Positions 27,405 through 37,172 are shown, counted from the first letter of the stretch. The stretch is DNA of 64,000 nt from Candidatus Doudnabacteria bacterium (GCA_963837465.1 CAWINB010000004.1:650853-714852), one strand, 5' to 3'. Program-made: numbers and translations. The notes: a model not told the origin generated them from the letters alone.

Positions 27405-27531
27405 TAATATTTCGTAAGCTTTAGTGCACTAGCTGCAAGTCCGCCATAGCGCTTTGGCGAAGGCGGATACGCTAGCGTAAAAGGACTTGAAAATATCAAC
27501 TTAACCCGTTCCCAAGAGGAGCGGGTTTTTT
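27363..27531 (+). promoter_or_regulatory. putative histidine-sensing transcription attenuator
   Basis: Three His codons, then mutually exclusive helices 1:2, 2:3 (12/13 bp) and 3:4 followed by a T-run. Confidence 0.7.
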
Positions 27532-27575
27532 GTTTGTCCCAAAACGAGCAAAATTTACAATCAAAAGGATGGAAT

Positions 27576-28193
27576 ATGAGTGATTTTTACCATTGTAGAA
27601 GGGCCCCGTACTTGGAAGAGATTGTTGAGGTTGAAGAAGCGGAACCAAAAAGGATGGTACGTAGATTGCAGATTGGCGTAATGGGAAGCGCTGCTGACCT
27701 CGGATATTCCGAAGCAGTAGCAAAATTGGCCGAAGATATCGGCCGCGAAGTGGCTTTGGCCGGATGCACTTTAGTCTTTGGCGCGGAGAAAGATTGTGAT
27801 TCGCTTTCTACCGCGGCCGGACGAGGCGCTCGAAGTGTCGGCGGCCTGACTGTCGGCGTGACTTATGGCAAGGGGCTGCAAGTTCACGACGATGCTGACG
27901 TTATTATCGCCACCGGCATGGAGCGCGGCGGCGGACGTGAGTTTGTGCTGGCGATTTCCTGCGATGCCATTATCGCCATTTCCGGAGGCAGCGGCACCTG
28001 CAACGAAATCGTTGTGGCTTACCAGGCCAGCATTCCGGTTATCGGAATTGTCGGCTGCGGCGGCTGGAGCGAAGAAATGGCTGGCCGGGCGTTTGATGCT
28101 CGGCGGCAGCACCTAGCGGTTAAGCCAGCTCGCACGGCCAAGGAAGCTGTAATGTTGGCGGTAGAAGCTGCACGTACAGGAGGGGAGCACTGA
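27576..28193 (+). CDS. LOG/SLOG family protein (TIGR00725-like)
   Basis: IGVMGS, GREVA..GC.LVFG, AGRGAR..GGLTVG, DAIIAISGGSGT.NEI..AY. Confidence 0.8.
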   Translation: MSDFYHCRRAPYLEEIVEVEEAEPKRMVRRLQIGVMGSAADLGYSEAVAKLAEDIGREVALAGCTLVFGAEKDCDSLSTAAGRGARSVGGLTVGVTYGKGLQVHDDADVIIATGMERGGGREFVLAISCDAIIAISGGSGTCNEIVVAYQASIPVIGIVGCGGWSEEMAGRAFDARRQHLAVKPARTAKEAVMLAVEAARTGGEH

Positions 28194-28194
28194 C

Positions 28195-28923
28195 ATGAAG
28201 AAGCTCAAGCTGGCCGTTTGCAACGGAACCATGGAACAGCAGATGGTGAATTATTTGGAACAAGCCGGTCTGAGGTTTCAAAAAGAGCCGCGGCGGTTTC
28301 GTTACGTCATCGGGCATGACTTGGTTTCCGAAGTTGTGTTCATGCGCCCGCAGGACATGCCGCGCGAAGTGGCGCATGGCAATTACGACATGGGGATTTG
28401 TGGCTTTGATTTTTTTCTGGAATATGGATCCAGCATTGATCACAATTCCGATAAACAAACTCCGGGCTGTGGAATGCATGGTTCATTCGATACCTCCAAA
28501 GCTGGTGCCCACAGCACGAAGGTGGTGCTCATTGCCCACAAAGACGATCCGGCCTCTTCCAAAGCGGATGTGCCGAAGGGAGCTAAGATCCTTTCTGAGT
28601 ACCCGTGGCTAACCCGGGAAGTGCTATCGCCAAATAAAGTCGAAGGTAGTGACCTGTGGACTTACGACTTAAATCGCAATGCGCATCCTGGAGTGGTTTA
28701 TTCCTGCGGTGCGACCGAAGCCCATATTCCGTGGAATTATCGTTTTGGGGTTTGCCTGGTCGCTTCAGGCCTGACGCTGGCTGCCAACAATCTCAAAATC
28801 GTCGACGTGCTTTGTGAAACCTGCCCGGTTATGTTACATGCGGGGCAGGATAAACAAAAAGAGCAGCGGCAGCTGCGGCATTTGTTCGCCGAAGCTGGGT
28901 TGCTGCGATTGGGGTTGTTATGA
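28195..28923 (+). CDS. hisG: divergent short-form ATP phosphoribosyltransferase (HisG-like)
   Basis: LKLAV..G, MRPQDMPR.VA.G.YDMGICGFD...E, SEYPWLT, GATEA, LVASG.TL.AN.LK. Confidence 0.7.
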   Translation: MKKLKLAVCNGTMEQQMVNYLEQAGLRFQKEPRRFRYVIGHDLVSEVVFMRPQDMPREVAHGNYDMGICGFDFFLEYGSSIDHNSDKQTPGCGMHGSFDTSKAGAHSTKVVLIAHKDDPASSKADVPKGAKILSEYPWLTREVLSPNKVEGSDLWTYDLNRNAHPGVVYSCGATEAHIPWNYRFGVCLVASGLTLAANNLKIVDVLCETCPVMLHAGQDKQKEQRQLRHLFAEAGLLRLGLL

Positions 28924-30068
28924 AATACATCGTCGCGTACCCGCCAGTAGATTTTTCTATCCCTTTTTCGGAACTAAAGCCGGAAGATATTGACATCTAC
29001 TTTCACTACACAAACCGCATTGGCGCCGCTACCTGCAAGGCCGCGTGCGCCCATTGTTACTTTCGCAACAAGCCCGAGTTCCATATTCCGGTGGATAAGG
29101 CCCTAGCAATTACCCGTTCGCTTCGGACCCAAGGCTACAACATCGGGATGGCGCCGGCGGACAGCTTTGGCGATGAGGCGTTGTTGGCCGGGGACGCCGG
29201 TTCGGCTTTCCGCCTTAAGCCCATTGGTACGTCGGCTTGGAGCAGTGGAGTGCCGTTGTTTATCGCTGGCTGGCAAGAGCGGCTAAACCGCGCTTGGGAG
29301 ATTGGCTTTCGGTCAATCATAATCACCGCTCACGAAGCGGCCGGAACCCCTGTCCCAATAAAAGGTGTGACCAGGGCCCCGGTAATTTTAGGAGCCGTAA
29401 GCAACATCAAAACCTGGAATAGGATGAACCCAAACAAGCAATTCGCCATTTCCACCACTTTTACCATCCGCGCCGACAACTGCAAGTTGGAGTTGATGCG
29501 TCAAATGGTGCAGTGGGGCGTAGGAGAAGGGATTGATCTTGTTCGGTTCAACTGCTTTGCGAATTTTCAGGGTTTGTCTGAACATCGTCAGTATGAGATG
29601 TCGCGACGGGATATTACCAAGTTTTTCGGCTACCTTGCCTTGTTGCAGGAAGAGTTTTTGGAAACTCCGACTGCGCTGGGTATTTCGGAAGACTGGGGCG
29701 ACGCGGGAATAGAACAAATTTACCCGTACTTGCCGCCGGTCTGGCAAACTCGTACGGCCGGTTGGTGCCGCGCCGGGTATCGGCTATTTGCGATGATTGA
29801 AGTCCGGGGCCAAATTGTATTAACCGGATGCGTGGACAAATGGGAGCCTGAGCTTGGCCTGCTGCATCAAGTCGGCGAAGACAACTACCGCATTCAATGG
29901 CGGTATGATCAAATCGAAACGCTGCGGCAGGCGGTGCTTCAAAACCGAGTCTACGCCTGCTGGGGAGGCGTGGGTTGCGGTCGCGGTAAATCTGCCGGTT
30001 TTGCCACCGGCCAAAAAACAGAACAGCAAATCTTTGGCGGAAATAGTCCGCTTGAGATTTTAGCCTAA
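28920..30068 (+). CDS. radical SAM protein with Cys-rich (SPASM/twitch-like) C-terminus
   Basis: CKAACAHC (CX3CX2C); C-terminal CRAG...GC...CWGGVGC; ATGA overlap with the upstream gene. Confidence 0.75.
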   Translation: MKYIVAYPPVDFSIPFSELKPEDIDIYFHYTNRIGAATCKAACAHCYFRNKPEFHIPVDKALAITRSLRTQGYNIGMAPADSFGDEALLAGDAGSAFRLKPIGTSAWSSGVPLFIAGWQERLNRAWEIGFRSIIITAHEAAGTPVPIKGVTRAPVILGAVSNIKTWNRMNPNKQFAISTTFTIRADNCKLELMRQMVQWGVGEGIDLVRFNCFANFQGLSEHRQYEMSRRDITKFFGYLALLQEEFLETPTALGISEDWGDAGIEQIYPYLPPVWQTRTAGWCRAGYRLFAMIEVRGQIVLTGCVDKWEPELGLLHQVGEDNYRIQWRYDQIETLRQAVLQNRVYACWGGVGCGRGKSAGFATGQKTEQQIFGGNSPLEILA

Positions 30069-30094
30069 AGGAGGTTTTATCGAAAAGTAAAAGC

Positions 30095-30142
30095 AAGCCG
30101 GCGGTGAAGTTGAGAAATCAATTTTTCCGCCGGTTTTGTTTT
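30095..30142 (+). terminator. intrinsic terminator of the LOG-HisG-rSAM operon
   Basis: GCCGGCGG...CCGCCGGT followed by T-rich tail. Confidence 0.65.
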
Positions 30143-30196
30143 AGGAGGGTTTTATGTTATAATTTAATCAAATTGTAAAAAGTTTTTGAAACAAAA

Positions 30197-32626
30197 ATGC
30201 CGGATTTTTTGGATAATTTAAAAGATAGTGTTGATAGCTATATTGACAATCGCGCTTTGGCGGATTTGCAGTATCGGGTGAAGTTGATTTTAAAGGAGCG
30301 CGAGGAGTTAAGGGACTGGAGCGACAAGGAGCTGCGTCTGGCGGCTTTGGCTTTTAAGGACGATTTGGCCAAAGGCAAGCGGCTGGATACTTTGGTGGTG
30401 CAGGCTTTTGCCGTGGTTAACGAAGCCGCCCGCCGCGTGACCAGGCAAACGCCTTTTCCGGCGCAAATTTTGGCGGGACTGGTCATCAACAGCGGCATTG
30501 TGGCGGAAATGAAGGCCGGCGAGGGTAAGACTTTAACCGAAACTATGCCGGTTTACACTAACGCGCTGCTTGGCCACGGCGTGCATCTGGTTACCACCAA
30601 CGATTACCTGGCCGAGCGCGACGCCGCGCAAAACGGCAAGCTGTTTAATTTTTTGGGCCTGTCCGTGGGCTTTGTGACCTCGACTATGAAGAGCGACGAG
30701 CGCAAAAAATCCTACGCCGCGGACATCACTTACGTCACCAACCAGGAGGTCGGGTTTGATTACCTGCGCGACAACCTGGTATTTTCCAAAAACCAAAGAG
30801 TTTTAAGGGCCGAGCATCCGCTTTATTTTGGCATTGTGGATGAAATTGACAGCATCTTAATAGACGAGTCGCGCACGCCGCTTATTATAGCCGAGCCGGT
30901 TAAGGAAGAGCGGAATTTTTACGATTTGTTCACCCAAATTGCTGAACAGTTAAAAGAAGACGAAGACTATACTGTTGATTACCAAAAAAAACAAATCAGC
31001 ATGACCGACGAAGGCCTTAACAAAGTGGAAAAATTTTTGGGCAGTCCGGTGTTTTCCAAAGACAATCCCATGTACGTGTTTTACCTGGATGTTTGTTTAA
31101 AGGCCAGGGTAATTTTTGAAAAAAACCGCGACTATATTTTAAGCGACGAGGGCGTGGAAATCGTGGATGAATTTACCGGCCGCGTTTTGCCCGGCCGCAG
31201 GTTCACCGACGGCGTGCACCAGGCCATCGAGGCCAAGGAAAAGGTTAAGGTTAAACAGGCGGACAGGATCCAGGCCAGCATCACCTTCCAGAATTTTTTT
31301 CCCATGTACGAAAAACTTTCCGGCATGAGCGGCACCGTTATGCGCGCCCGCGACGAGTTTAAAAAAGTCTACAAACTGGAAGTGGTTCAGATCCCAACCA
31401 ACCGGCCTATCATTCGCGTTGACCACAACGACTTGTTTTTTAAAACCCAAAAAGGCAAGTTTATGGGACTGATGAAAAAAGTCAGCCACCTTAACCAAAA
31501 AGGCCAGCCGGTATTAATCGGCACCCGCAACGTGGAGACCGCGCATTTGGTGGCTGAGCTTTTGGACCAGGCCCGCTATCCCTATCAGATGCTTACGGCC
31601 AGCGACCACCGCGCCGAGGCGGAAAAAATCCAGAAAGCCGGCCAAGACGGCATGATAACCGTGGCCACCAATATGGCCGGGCGCGGCACCGACATTTTGC
31701 TCGGCCCGGGAGTGGAAAATTCCGGCGGCTTGTTTGTGCTGGGTACGGAACGCCACGAATCGCGCCGCATAGACGACCAGCTGGTGGGACGCAGCGGCAG
31801 ACAGGGCGAACCCGGAGAATCGCAATTTTTAATTTCCATGGAAGACGAAATTATGCAGCTGTTCGGCAGCGAAGCGATTATTGACGCCATGGAAGCTTAC
31901 GATATCCCGGAGGACGAATATGTTTCCGGCAACAACCTGACCAAAGCTTTTAAAAAAGCCCAGGATTTTGTGGAAAGCAAAAATCTGGACAGCCGGCTCT
32001 ATCTTTACAAATACGACAGCGTCACCAATTACCAGAGGCGCTATGTTTACGGCCAGCGCGACAGCCTGCTGGAAAACGAAGCCAATTTTTTGGATTTTTT
32101 AACAACTTCCGTCCGCCGCCGCCTGAGGCAAATTTTGGAATTAAAAGATCCGCGGTTAATCGCCGGGGAAATGCTGGCCGTGTTCAGGGTGGAGGCGGCG
32201 CCCGAAGAAATTGCCGCTTCTTTGGGGCTGGAGCCGGATGCCGCCAAAACAACCCGCGCCATAAATGAGTGGCTCAATCCTTTTTACAAAAACCCGAACC
32301 CCCCAAACAATACCTTTAACGCGGCTCAGGAAAAACTGGCTTCGTATTTGGAAAAGTTGGCCTTAAAGATAAAGCGGGAGCCCGAGGTTTACCAGGCCGC
32401 CGGCAGTTTAATTCTGCAAATTATAGACAACCAGTGGAGCCAGCAGCTGGAGCTGATGGAAGCGCTTAAGGAACAGGCGGGACTGTTTTCCTACGTTTCC
32501 CAGGATCCGCTCATAGATTTCGTGCTGGAAGGCCAGAAACTGTTTGACCATAGCCAAAACGAAATGGCGCGCCAGTTTTTATCTGCCATATTTTTGCACT
32601 TGGAGCAAAAGGGGATGATAGAGTAG
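30197..32626 (+). CDS. secA: preprotein translocase SecA family ATPase (short, divergent; probable second paralog)
   Basis: EMKAGEGKT, VTTNDYLAERD, GFDYLRDN, VDEIDSILIDE, ATNMAGRGTDI, ERHESRRIDDQL.GR.GRQG. Confidence 0.9.
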   Translation: MPDFLDNLKDSVDSYIDNRALADLQYRVKLILKEREELRDWSDKELRLAALAFKDDLAKGKRLDTLVVQAFAVVNEAARRVTRQTPFPAQILAGLVINSGIVAEMKAGEGKTLTETMPVYTNALLGHGVHLVTTNDYLAERDAAQNGKLFNFLGLSVGFVTSTMKSDERKKSYAADITYVTNQEVGFDYLRDNLVFSKNQRVLRAEHPLYFGIVDEIDSILIDESRTPLIIAEPVKEERNFYDLFTQIAEQLKEDEDYTVDYQKKQISMTDEGLNKVEKFLGSPVFSKDNPMYVFYLDVCLKARVIFEKNRDYILSDEGVEIVDEFTGRVLPGRRFTDGVHQAIEAKEKVKVKQADRIQASITFQNFFPMYEKLSGMSGTVMRARDEFKKVYKLEVVQIPTNRPIIRVDHNDLFFKTQKGKFMGLMKKVSHLNQKGQPVLIGTRNVETAHLVAELLDQARYPYQMLTASDHRAEAEKIQKAGQDGMITVATNMAGRGTDILLGPGVENSGGLFVLGTERHESRRIDDQLVGRSGRQGEPGESQFLISMEDEIMQLFGSEAIIDAMEAYDIPEDEYVSGNNLTKAFKKAQDFVESKNLDSRLYLYKYDSVTNYQRRYVYGQRDSLLENEANFLDFLTTSVRRRLRQILELKDPRLIAGEMLAVFRVEAAPEEIAASLGLEPDAAKTTRAINEWLNPFYKNPNPPNNTFNAAQEKLASYLEKLALKIKREPEVYQAAGSLILQIIDNQWSQQLELMEALKEQAGLFSYVSQDPLIDFVLEGQKLFDHSQNEMARQFLSAIFLHLEQKGMIE

Positions 32627-32786
32627 AACCTGTTTTAAAAATACTCCGGGCCGCGATTTAAGAATTTTGGCCAAAATCCCAAAAAAATTGTTCCGTTTAA
32701 CTTAGGTTAAACACCAAAATTTATATTGAAATTTTGTCACAAAATTCTTAAATTCCGCCCGCGAATTATTTTTCAAACAGGTTTTA
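32624..32786. mobile_element. 163-bp MITE-like element
   Basis: TAGAACCTGTTTTAAAAATA ... TATTTTTCAAACAGGTTTTA; homologous to 52132-52296 and 34870-35035. Confidence 0.75.
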
Positions 32787-32880
32787 GTGATAAAAATGAA
32801 CAAAAATTAAAAAAATGACAAAAATTAAACGCCCCACGCGGCGCATTGCCAAGTAGGCTTATTTTTAATATAATTGCTCC

Positions 32881-33162
32881 ATGCTTTCCAAAGAAGATGT
32901 TTTAAAAATCGCTGAATTGGCGCGTATAGCTTTAACCAATGCCGAGGTGGAAAAGTTCCAAAAGGACCTTTCCGCGGTTTTGGATTATGTGGACGAGTTA
33001 AAATTGGTTGACGTTTCCGGTTTGGAAGAAGTTTCGCAGGTTACGGGACTGGTTAATGTCCAGCGCGAAGACAAAACCGTAACGGCCGAAAACCACGAAG
33101 CTATTTTTAAAAACGCGCCGGAGATGAAAGACGGGTATTACAAGGTTAAAGCAATATTGTAA
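32881..33162 (+). CDS. gatC: Asp/Glu-tRNA amidotransferase subunit C
   Basis: V.KIA.LARI.L...E...FQ.DL..VL.YV..L; NAPE..DGYYKV; upstream of gatA. Confidence 0.95.
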   Translation: MLSKEDVLKIAELARIALTNAEVEKFQKDLSAVLDYVDELKLVDVSGLEEVSQVTGLVNVQREDKTVTAENHEAIFKNAPEMKDGYYKVKAIL

Positions 33163-33215
33163 TTTACGAAGTCGTGCCATTCGTAAGTTCGTAAATTTTT
33201 CGTACTTCGTAAACT
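33161..33215. repeat. TACGAA/TTCGTA-unit intergenic repeat (copies at 60619-60679 and 61916-61995)
   Basis: Reverse complement AGTTTACGAAGTACGAAAAATTTACGAACTTACGAATGGCACGACTTCGTAAATT aligns with both other copies. Confidence 0.75.
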
Positions 33216-33218
33216 AGA

Positions 33219-34688
33219 ATGAACTTCCAATATCTACAACTAACCGAATTGCGCAAGCTTTTGGATGACAAACAACTCTCCTCCGTTGAACTGACGAAGT
33301 ATTTTTTGGAGCGGATAAAAAACAGCGACCTTAACGCTTTTATTACGGTAACCGAAGATTTGGCTATCCAGCAGGCAAAGCGCGCGGATGATTTTATATC
33401 AAGCCCAGGTGAAAACCCTTTTTTATGCGGTATTCCTTACGCGGCCAAAGATTTGTTTTGCGCAAAAGGCGTCCGCGCCACCGCGGCCAGCAAAATTTTG
33501 GACAACTATATCGCGCCGTACAATGCCACGTCAATTAGCAAAATCAAACAAAATTACGGAGTATTAATCGGCAAAACCAATTTGGACCAGTTCGCGCACG
33601 GCTCAAGCGGCGAGACATCGGCTTACGGCCCCACCAAAAATCCCTGGGACGAAACCCGCATGCCCGGCGGCTCGTCTTCCGGCTCATGCGCGGCCGTTGC
33701 CGCCGGCCTTAGTCCCTGGGCGGTGGCGACCGAAACCGGCGGCAGTATCCGCCAACCCGCCTCGCTTTCCGGCATCAGCGGCTGGAAACCAACATACGGC
33801 CGCGTTTCGCGCTACGGAGTTATTTCCATGGGCTCGTCACTGGATTCCATAGGAGCGGTAGCCTATTCGGTCCGCGATCTGGCGGAAATTGCCAATGTTA
33901 TGTCGGGCATTGACCCCAAAGATTCAACCACCGGCGACCATCCCGCAAACTACAAACTACATCCTACAAACTTGTCCCACATCCGCGTGGGCATCCCCAA
34001 ACAATATTTTGTGGATGGCATGGAAGCGGGCGTAAAGCAGCGCGTAATGGAAGCGATTAAAGAACTGGAAAAGTTGGGCGCAACGCTGGTGGAAGTTGAT
34101 TTGCCGAATACCAAATATGGTTCCTTGGTTTACGCGATTATCTGCCCATCGGAAGTTTCTTCCAATTTGGCGCGCTACGACGGCATTCGCTACGGACATG
34201 TAACCAACGAGGCCAAAGATCTTTTGCAGGTTTACGAAAAATCCCGCGCCGAGGGTTTTGGCAACGAAGCCAAGCGCCGCATTTTAACCGGTACTTACGT
34301 GCTGTCCGCCGGTTATTACGATGCTTACTACAAAAAAGCCCAAAAAGTCCGCAGGCTGATTATTAACGAATTTGCCGAAATTTTTAAACAGGTGGATGTT
34401 TTAGCCTGCCCCTCCACCCCGAATGTGGCCGCAAAGCTTGGCCATGCCGCCGACAACCCGCTTCACGGCTACATTGCCGACCAGTTAAATATTCCCGGCT
34501 CCCTGGCCGGCCTGCCCGCTTTATCGGTACCCTGCGGTTTTGCCAAAGCTCCCGATGCCGATGTTGACCTACCCGTGGGCCTGCAAATAATCGGCCCGCA
34601 ATGGGGCGAGCAAAAAGTTTTTGATGTCGGGCATGCGTACCAGTTGGCTACGGACTGGCATAAAAAACATCCGGACAGTATGAATTAG
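33219..34688 (+). CDS. gatA: Asp/Glu-tRNA amidotransferase subunit A
   Basis: Amidase signature PGGSSSGS, ETGGSIRQPAS, SNLARYDGIRYG. Confidence 0.97.
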   Translation: MNFQYLQLTELRKLLDDKQLSSVELTKYFLERIKNSDLNAFITVTEDLAIQQAKRADDFISSPGENPFLCGIPYAAKDLFCAKGVRATAASKILDNYIAPYNATSISKIKQNYGVLIGKTNLDQFAHGSSGETSAYGPTKNPWDETRMPGGSSSGSCAAVAAGLSPWAVATETGGSIRQPASLSGISGWKPTYGRVSRYGVISMGSSLDSIGAVAYSVRDLAEIANVMSGIDPKDSTTGDHPANYKLHPTNLSHIRVGIPKQYFVDGMEAGVKQRVMEAIKELEKLGATLVEVDLPNTKYGSLVYAIICPSEVSSNLARYDGIRYGHVTNEAKDLLQVYEKSRAEGFGNEAKRRILTGTYVLSAGYYDAYYKKAQKVRRLIINEFAEIFKQVDVLACPSTPNVAAKLGHAADNPLHGYIADQLNIPGSLAGLPALSVPCGFAKAPDADVDLPVGLQIIGPQWGEQKVFDVGHAYQLATDWHKKHPDSMN

Positions 34689-34869
34689 GAAGTATGAATT
34701 AGGAATAAGGGTGTCATCCCGGAATTTTTACAGCGTCCGACGTAGCTTTAGCGAAGTCGGAAGGGCTGTTAAAATATCCGGGATCCAGAATTAAGTGTGC
34801 CGCGCCGATTCATCGGCTTAATTATTAAAGGTTATAAAATGACAAGCGCAATTGTGTTTATAATTTTGT

Positions 34870-35035
34870 TAGAAGATGTTTAAAAAGTGCTTTGTAGGCG
34901 AAATTACAGAATTTTGCGCGGATTGACGGAAACAAATTTTGACGTTTAGCCTAAAGCTAAGCGGAAAAATTTTTTTCGGCAAGGCGCCAAACATTCTGGA
35001 ATCGCGGCCCAAATGACTTTTTAAACAGCTTCTTA
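34870..35035. mobile_element. ~165-bp MITE-like element, reverse orientation
   Basis: TAGAAGATGTTTAAAAAGT ... ACTTTTTAAACAGCTTCTTA. Confidence 0.7.
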
Positions 35036-35089
35036 GATGTTTTGGCTTTAATTACAATAATTTATTATTTTTTACAAAGAAGGTAACTA

Positions 35090-36730
35090 ATGCCTAAAGA
35101 ATTTCCATCATCAACCCAATATCAACCCGTCATTGGCTTTGAAATCCACGTCGAACTTGCCACCAAGAGCAAGATGTTCGGGCCGGCGGCCAATAATCCG
35201 GATGAGAACAGGCCGAATGTAAATATAGACGAGATTGTCACGGCTGAGCCGGGGACTTTACCCGTGGCCAACAAAGAAGCCATACGTTTAGCCGCTATGG
35301 TTGGTTTAGCTTTGAATTGTACGATTGATGAATGGAGCAAGTTTGACCGCAAACATTATTTTTATCCGGACTTGCCAAAGGGCTACCAAATTTCGCAGTA
35401 TGACCAGCCGATATCTAAAGACGGATATTTGGATATTGAGCTTCCTGTTAGTAACGAGTCTGCCTTCGCCAAGGCTACGGCGGATAAATTCGCAGTCTCA
35501 TCGGGCAACGCCTACAAAACATCCAAACTCGGAACTGTAATTAAGCGCGTGGGTATAACACGTGCTCATTTAGAAGAAGACGCGGGAAAAAATATCCATC
35601 CCGAGGGTTTGCCGTATTCGCTTGTGGATTACAACCGCGCCGGCTGCGCTCTTTTGGAAATTGTCACGGAACCGGACATAGAAAGCGGCGAAGAGGCAAA
35701 AGTTTTTTTAACCGAACTCCGCAATATTATCCGCTACCTGGGCGCCAGTGATTGTGATATGGAAAAGGGGACTATGCGCGTGGAGCCGAATATTTCGGTG
35801 CGGATGCCCGGCGAGACCGGTTTGCCGAAATATAAAGTTGAAGTAAAAAATATCAACAGCTTTAAATTTGCCCAAAGCGCGATTGATTATGAAATCGCGC
35901 GGCAGACGGAAATTTTAAAGGAAGGCAAAACGCCTAAGCAGGTGACTATGGGCTGGAACGAAAAAGACAGCATGACGGTTGAGCAAAGAAGCAAGGAAGA
36001 AGCCAACGACTACCGCTATTTTCCGGAGCCGGATTTGCCGGTACTGCAGTTTACAAAAGAATATCTCGATACCTTGCGGGCCGAAATGCCCGAGTTGCCG
36101 GCGCAAAAACGCGCGCGCTTTTTGGAAGAATTTGGCTTGCCCGCGGCCGATGTGGAAAATTTAATCAACTGGAAGGAGCTGGCTAATTATTTTGAGGAAG
36201 TTGTTTCGGAAATTGACGAATGGATAAATCAGGACGCAGGGGCTGGGCTTGCCCGCCCGCTTTTCGACGATGGCGGGCAGCTAAAGCCAGCCCCCACAGA
36301 TCGTCAAATACTAATCAAACAAGCAGCCAACTGGTGCCTGCAGGATTTTTCCGCGGCCTTGAACCAAAAACTAATCAATCCCGCAGATTCCGAAGTAACC
36401 CCGGAAAATTTTGCCGAACTGTTAAAATTAATCCAGCAACAAAAAATTTCCGTCAGCGCGGCAAAAACCGTATTTAAAGTAATGTTTGAAAAAGGCGGCG
36501 AACCTCTGTCTATTGTTTCGGATTTAGGCCTTGAGCAGACATCCGATAGCGATGCCATTGCGTCAGCCATAGACAAAGTCCTTGCCGCCAACCCAAAAGC
36601 CGCCGCTGACTACAAAGGGGGCCTTGAAAAATCTTTCGGCTTTTTGGTGGGACAAACAATGAAAGAGCTAAAAGGCAAAGGCAACCCGCAGGTAATAAAC
36701 GAGTTATTAAGGAAAAAATTATCAGCCTAA
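35090..36730 (+). CDS. gatB: Asp/Glu-tRNA amidotransferase subunit B, with two in-frame palindrome-derived inserts
   Basis: IGFEIHVEL.TKSKMF, FDRKHYFYPDLPKGYQISQ, HLEEDAGK, DYRYFPEPDLP. Confidence 0.97.
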   Translation: MPKEFPSSTQYQPVIGFEIHVELATKSKMFGPAANNPDENRPNVNIDEIVTAEPGTLPVANKEAIRLAAMVGLALNCTIDEWSKFDRKHYFYPDLPKGYQISQYDQPISKDGYLDIELPVSNESAFAKATADKFAVSSGNAYKTSKLGTVIKRVGITRAHLEEDAGKNIHPEGLPYSLVDYNRAGCALLEIVTEPDIESGEEAKVFLTELRNIIRYLGASDCDMEKGTMRVEPNISVRMPGETGLPKYKVEVKNINSFKFAQSAIDYEIARQTEILKEGKTPKQVTMGWNEKDSMTVEQRSKEEANDYRYFPEPDLPVLQFTKEYLDTLRAEMPELPAQKRARFLEEFGLPAADVENLINWKELANYFEEVVSEIDEWINQDAGAGLARPLFDDGGQLKPAPTDRQILIKQAANWCLQDFSAALNQKLINPADSEVTPENFAELLKLIQQQKISVSAAKTVFKVMFEKGGEPLSIVSDLGLEQTSDSDAIASAIDKVLAANPKAAADYKGGLEKSFGFLVGQTMKELKGKGNPQVINELLRKKLSA

Positions 36731-36801
36731 TATTTTTATGTAAATTCGTATGTTTTAGCGTACTAGTACGTTAGCTATTACGAAATCCGAAAATTAATAT
36801 A

Positions 36802-36896
36802 ATTAGGACTTACGCCTTTGACAATATTACCTAAGTTATTGTTTAATCAGCTTTTAAAAAAGCCATAATTTAGACCCCAAAGGCGTAAGTCCTAAT
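36802..36896. repeat. 95-bp element with 19-bp perfect inverted ends
   Basis: ATTAGGACTTACGCCTTTG ... CAAAGGCGTAAGTCCTAAT. Confidence 0.75.
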
Positions 36897-36947
36897 AATA
36901 AATCAACGCCGCGCAGGAACTGCAAGTCCTGGCGGCGTTTTTGCTTT

Positions 36948-37172
36948 CTATGCGTGCCTTTCCCAATCTTTCTTAGCTTCCGGTACTGATTCCGAGTAAG
37001 GCGACGGTTGTCGCGGTCTTTCGTGTCTGGATGCGAATAGAGCCTGCGAAGCCTCAAACGACTCATCGGACTCAACAGGTTCGGCGTTAACGGCATCGTT
37101 TTGCTTTTCATAATGCTTGGCTGCGATATTGACTAATTCGTTGTAAAGCCTCTCAGCGTCTTTCTGTTCCAT
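36948..37172 (-). CDS. small hypothetical protein
   Basis: 74-aa ORF with AAAGGAGGAG SD. Confidence 0.55.
   Translation of the reverse strand: MEQKDAERLYNELVNIAAKHYEKQNDAVNAEPVESDESFEASQALFASRHERPRQPSPYSESVPEAKKDWERHA

Noticed and set aside
27576-28193. Thoeris-like defence system because of the SLOG domain
   Set aside because: No TIR, SIR2 or Macro partner; the context is HisG-like and radical SAM genes under apparent His-type regulation
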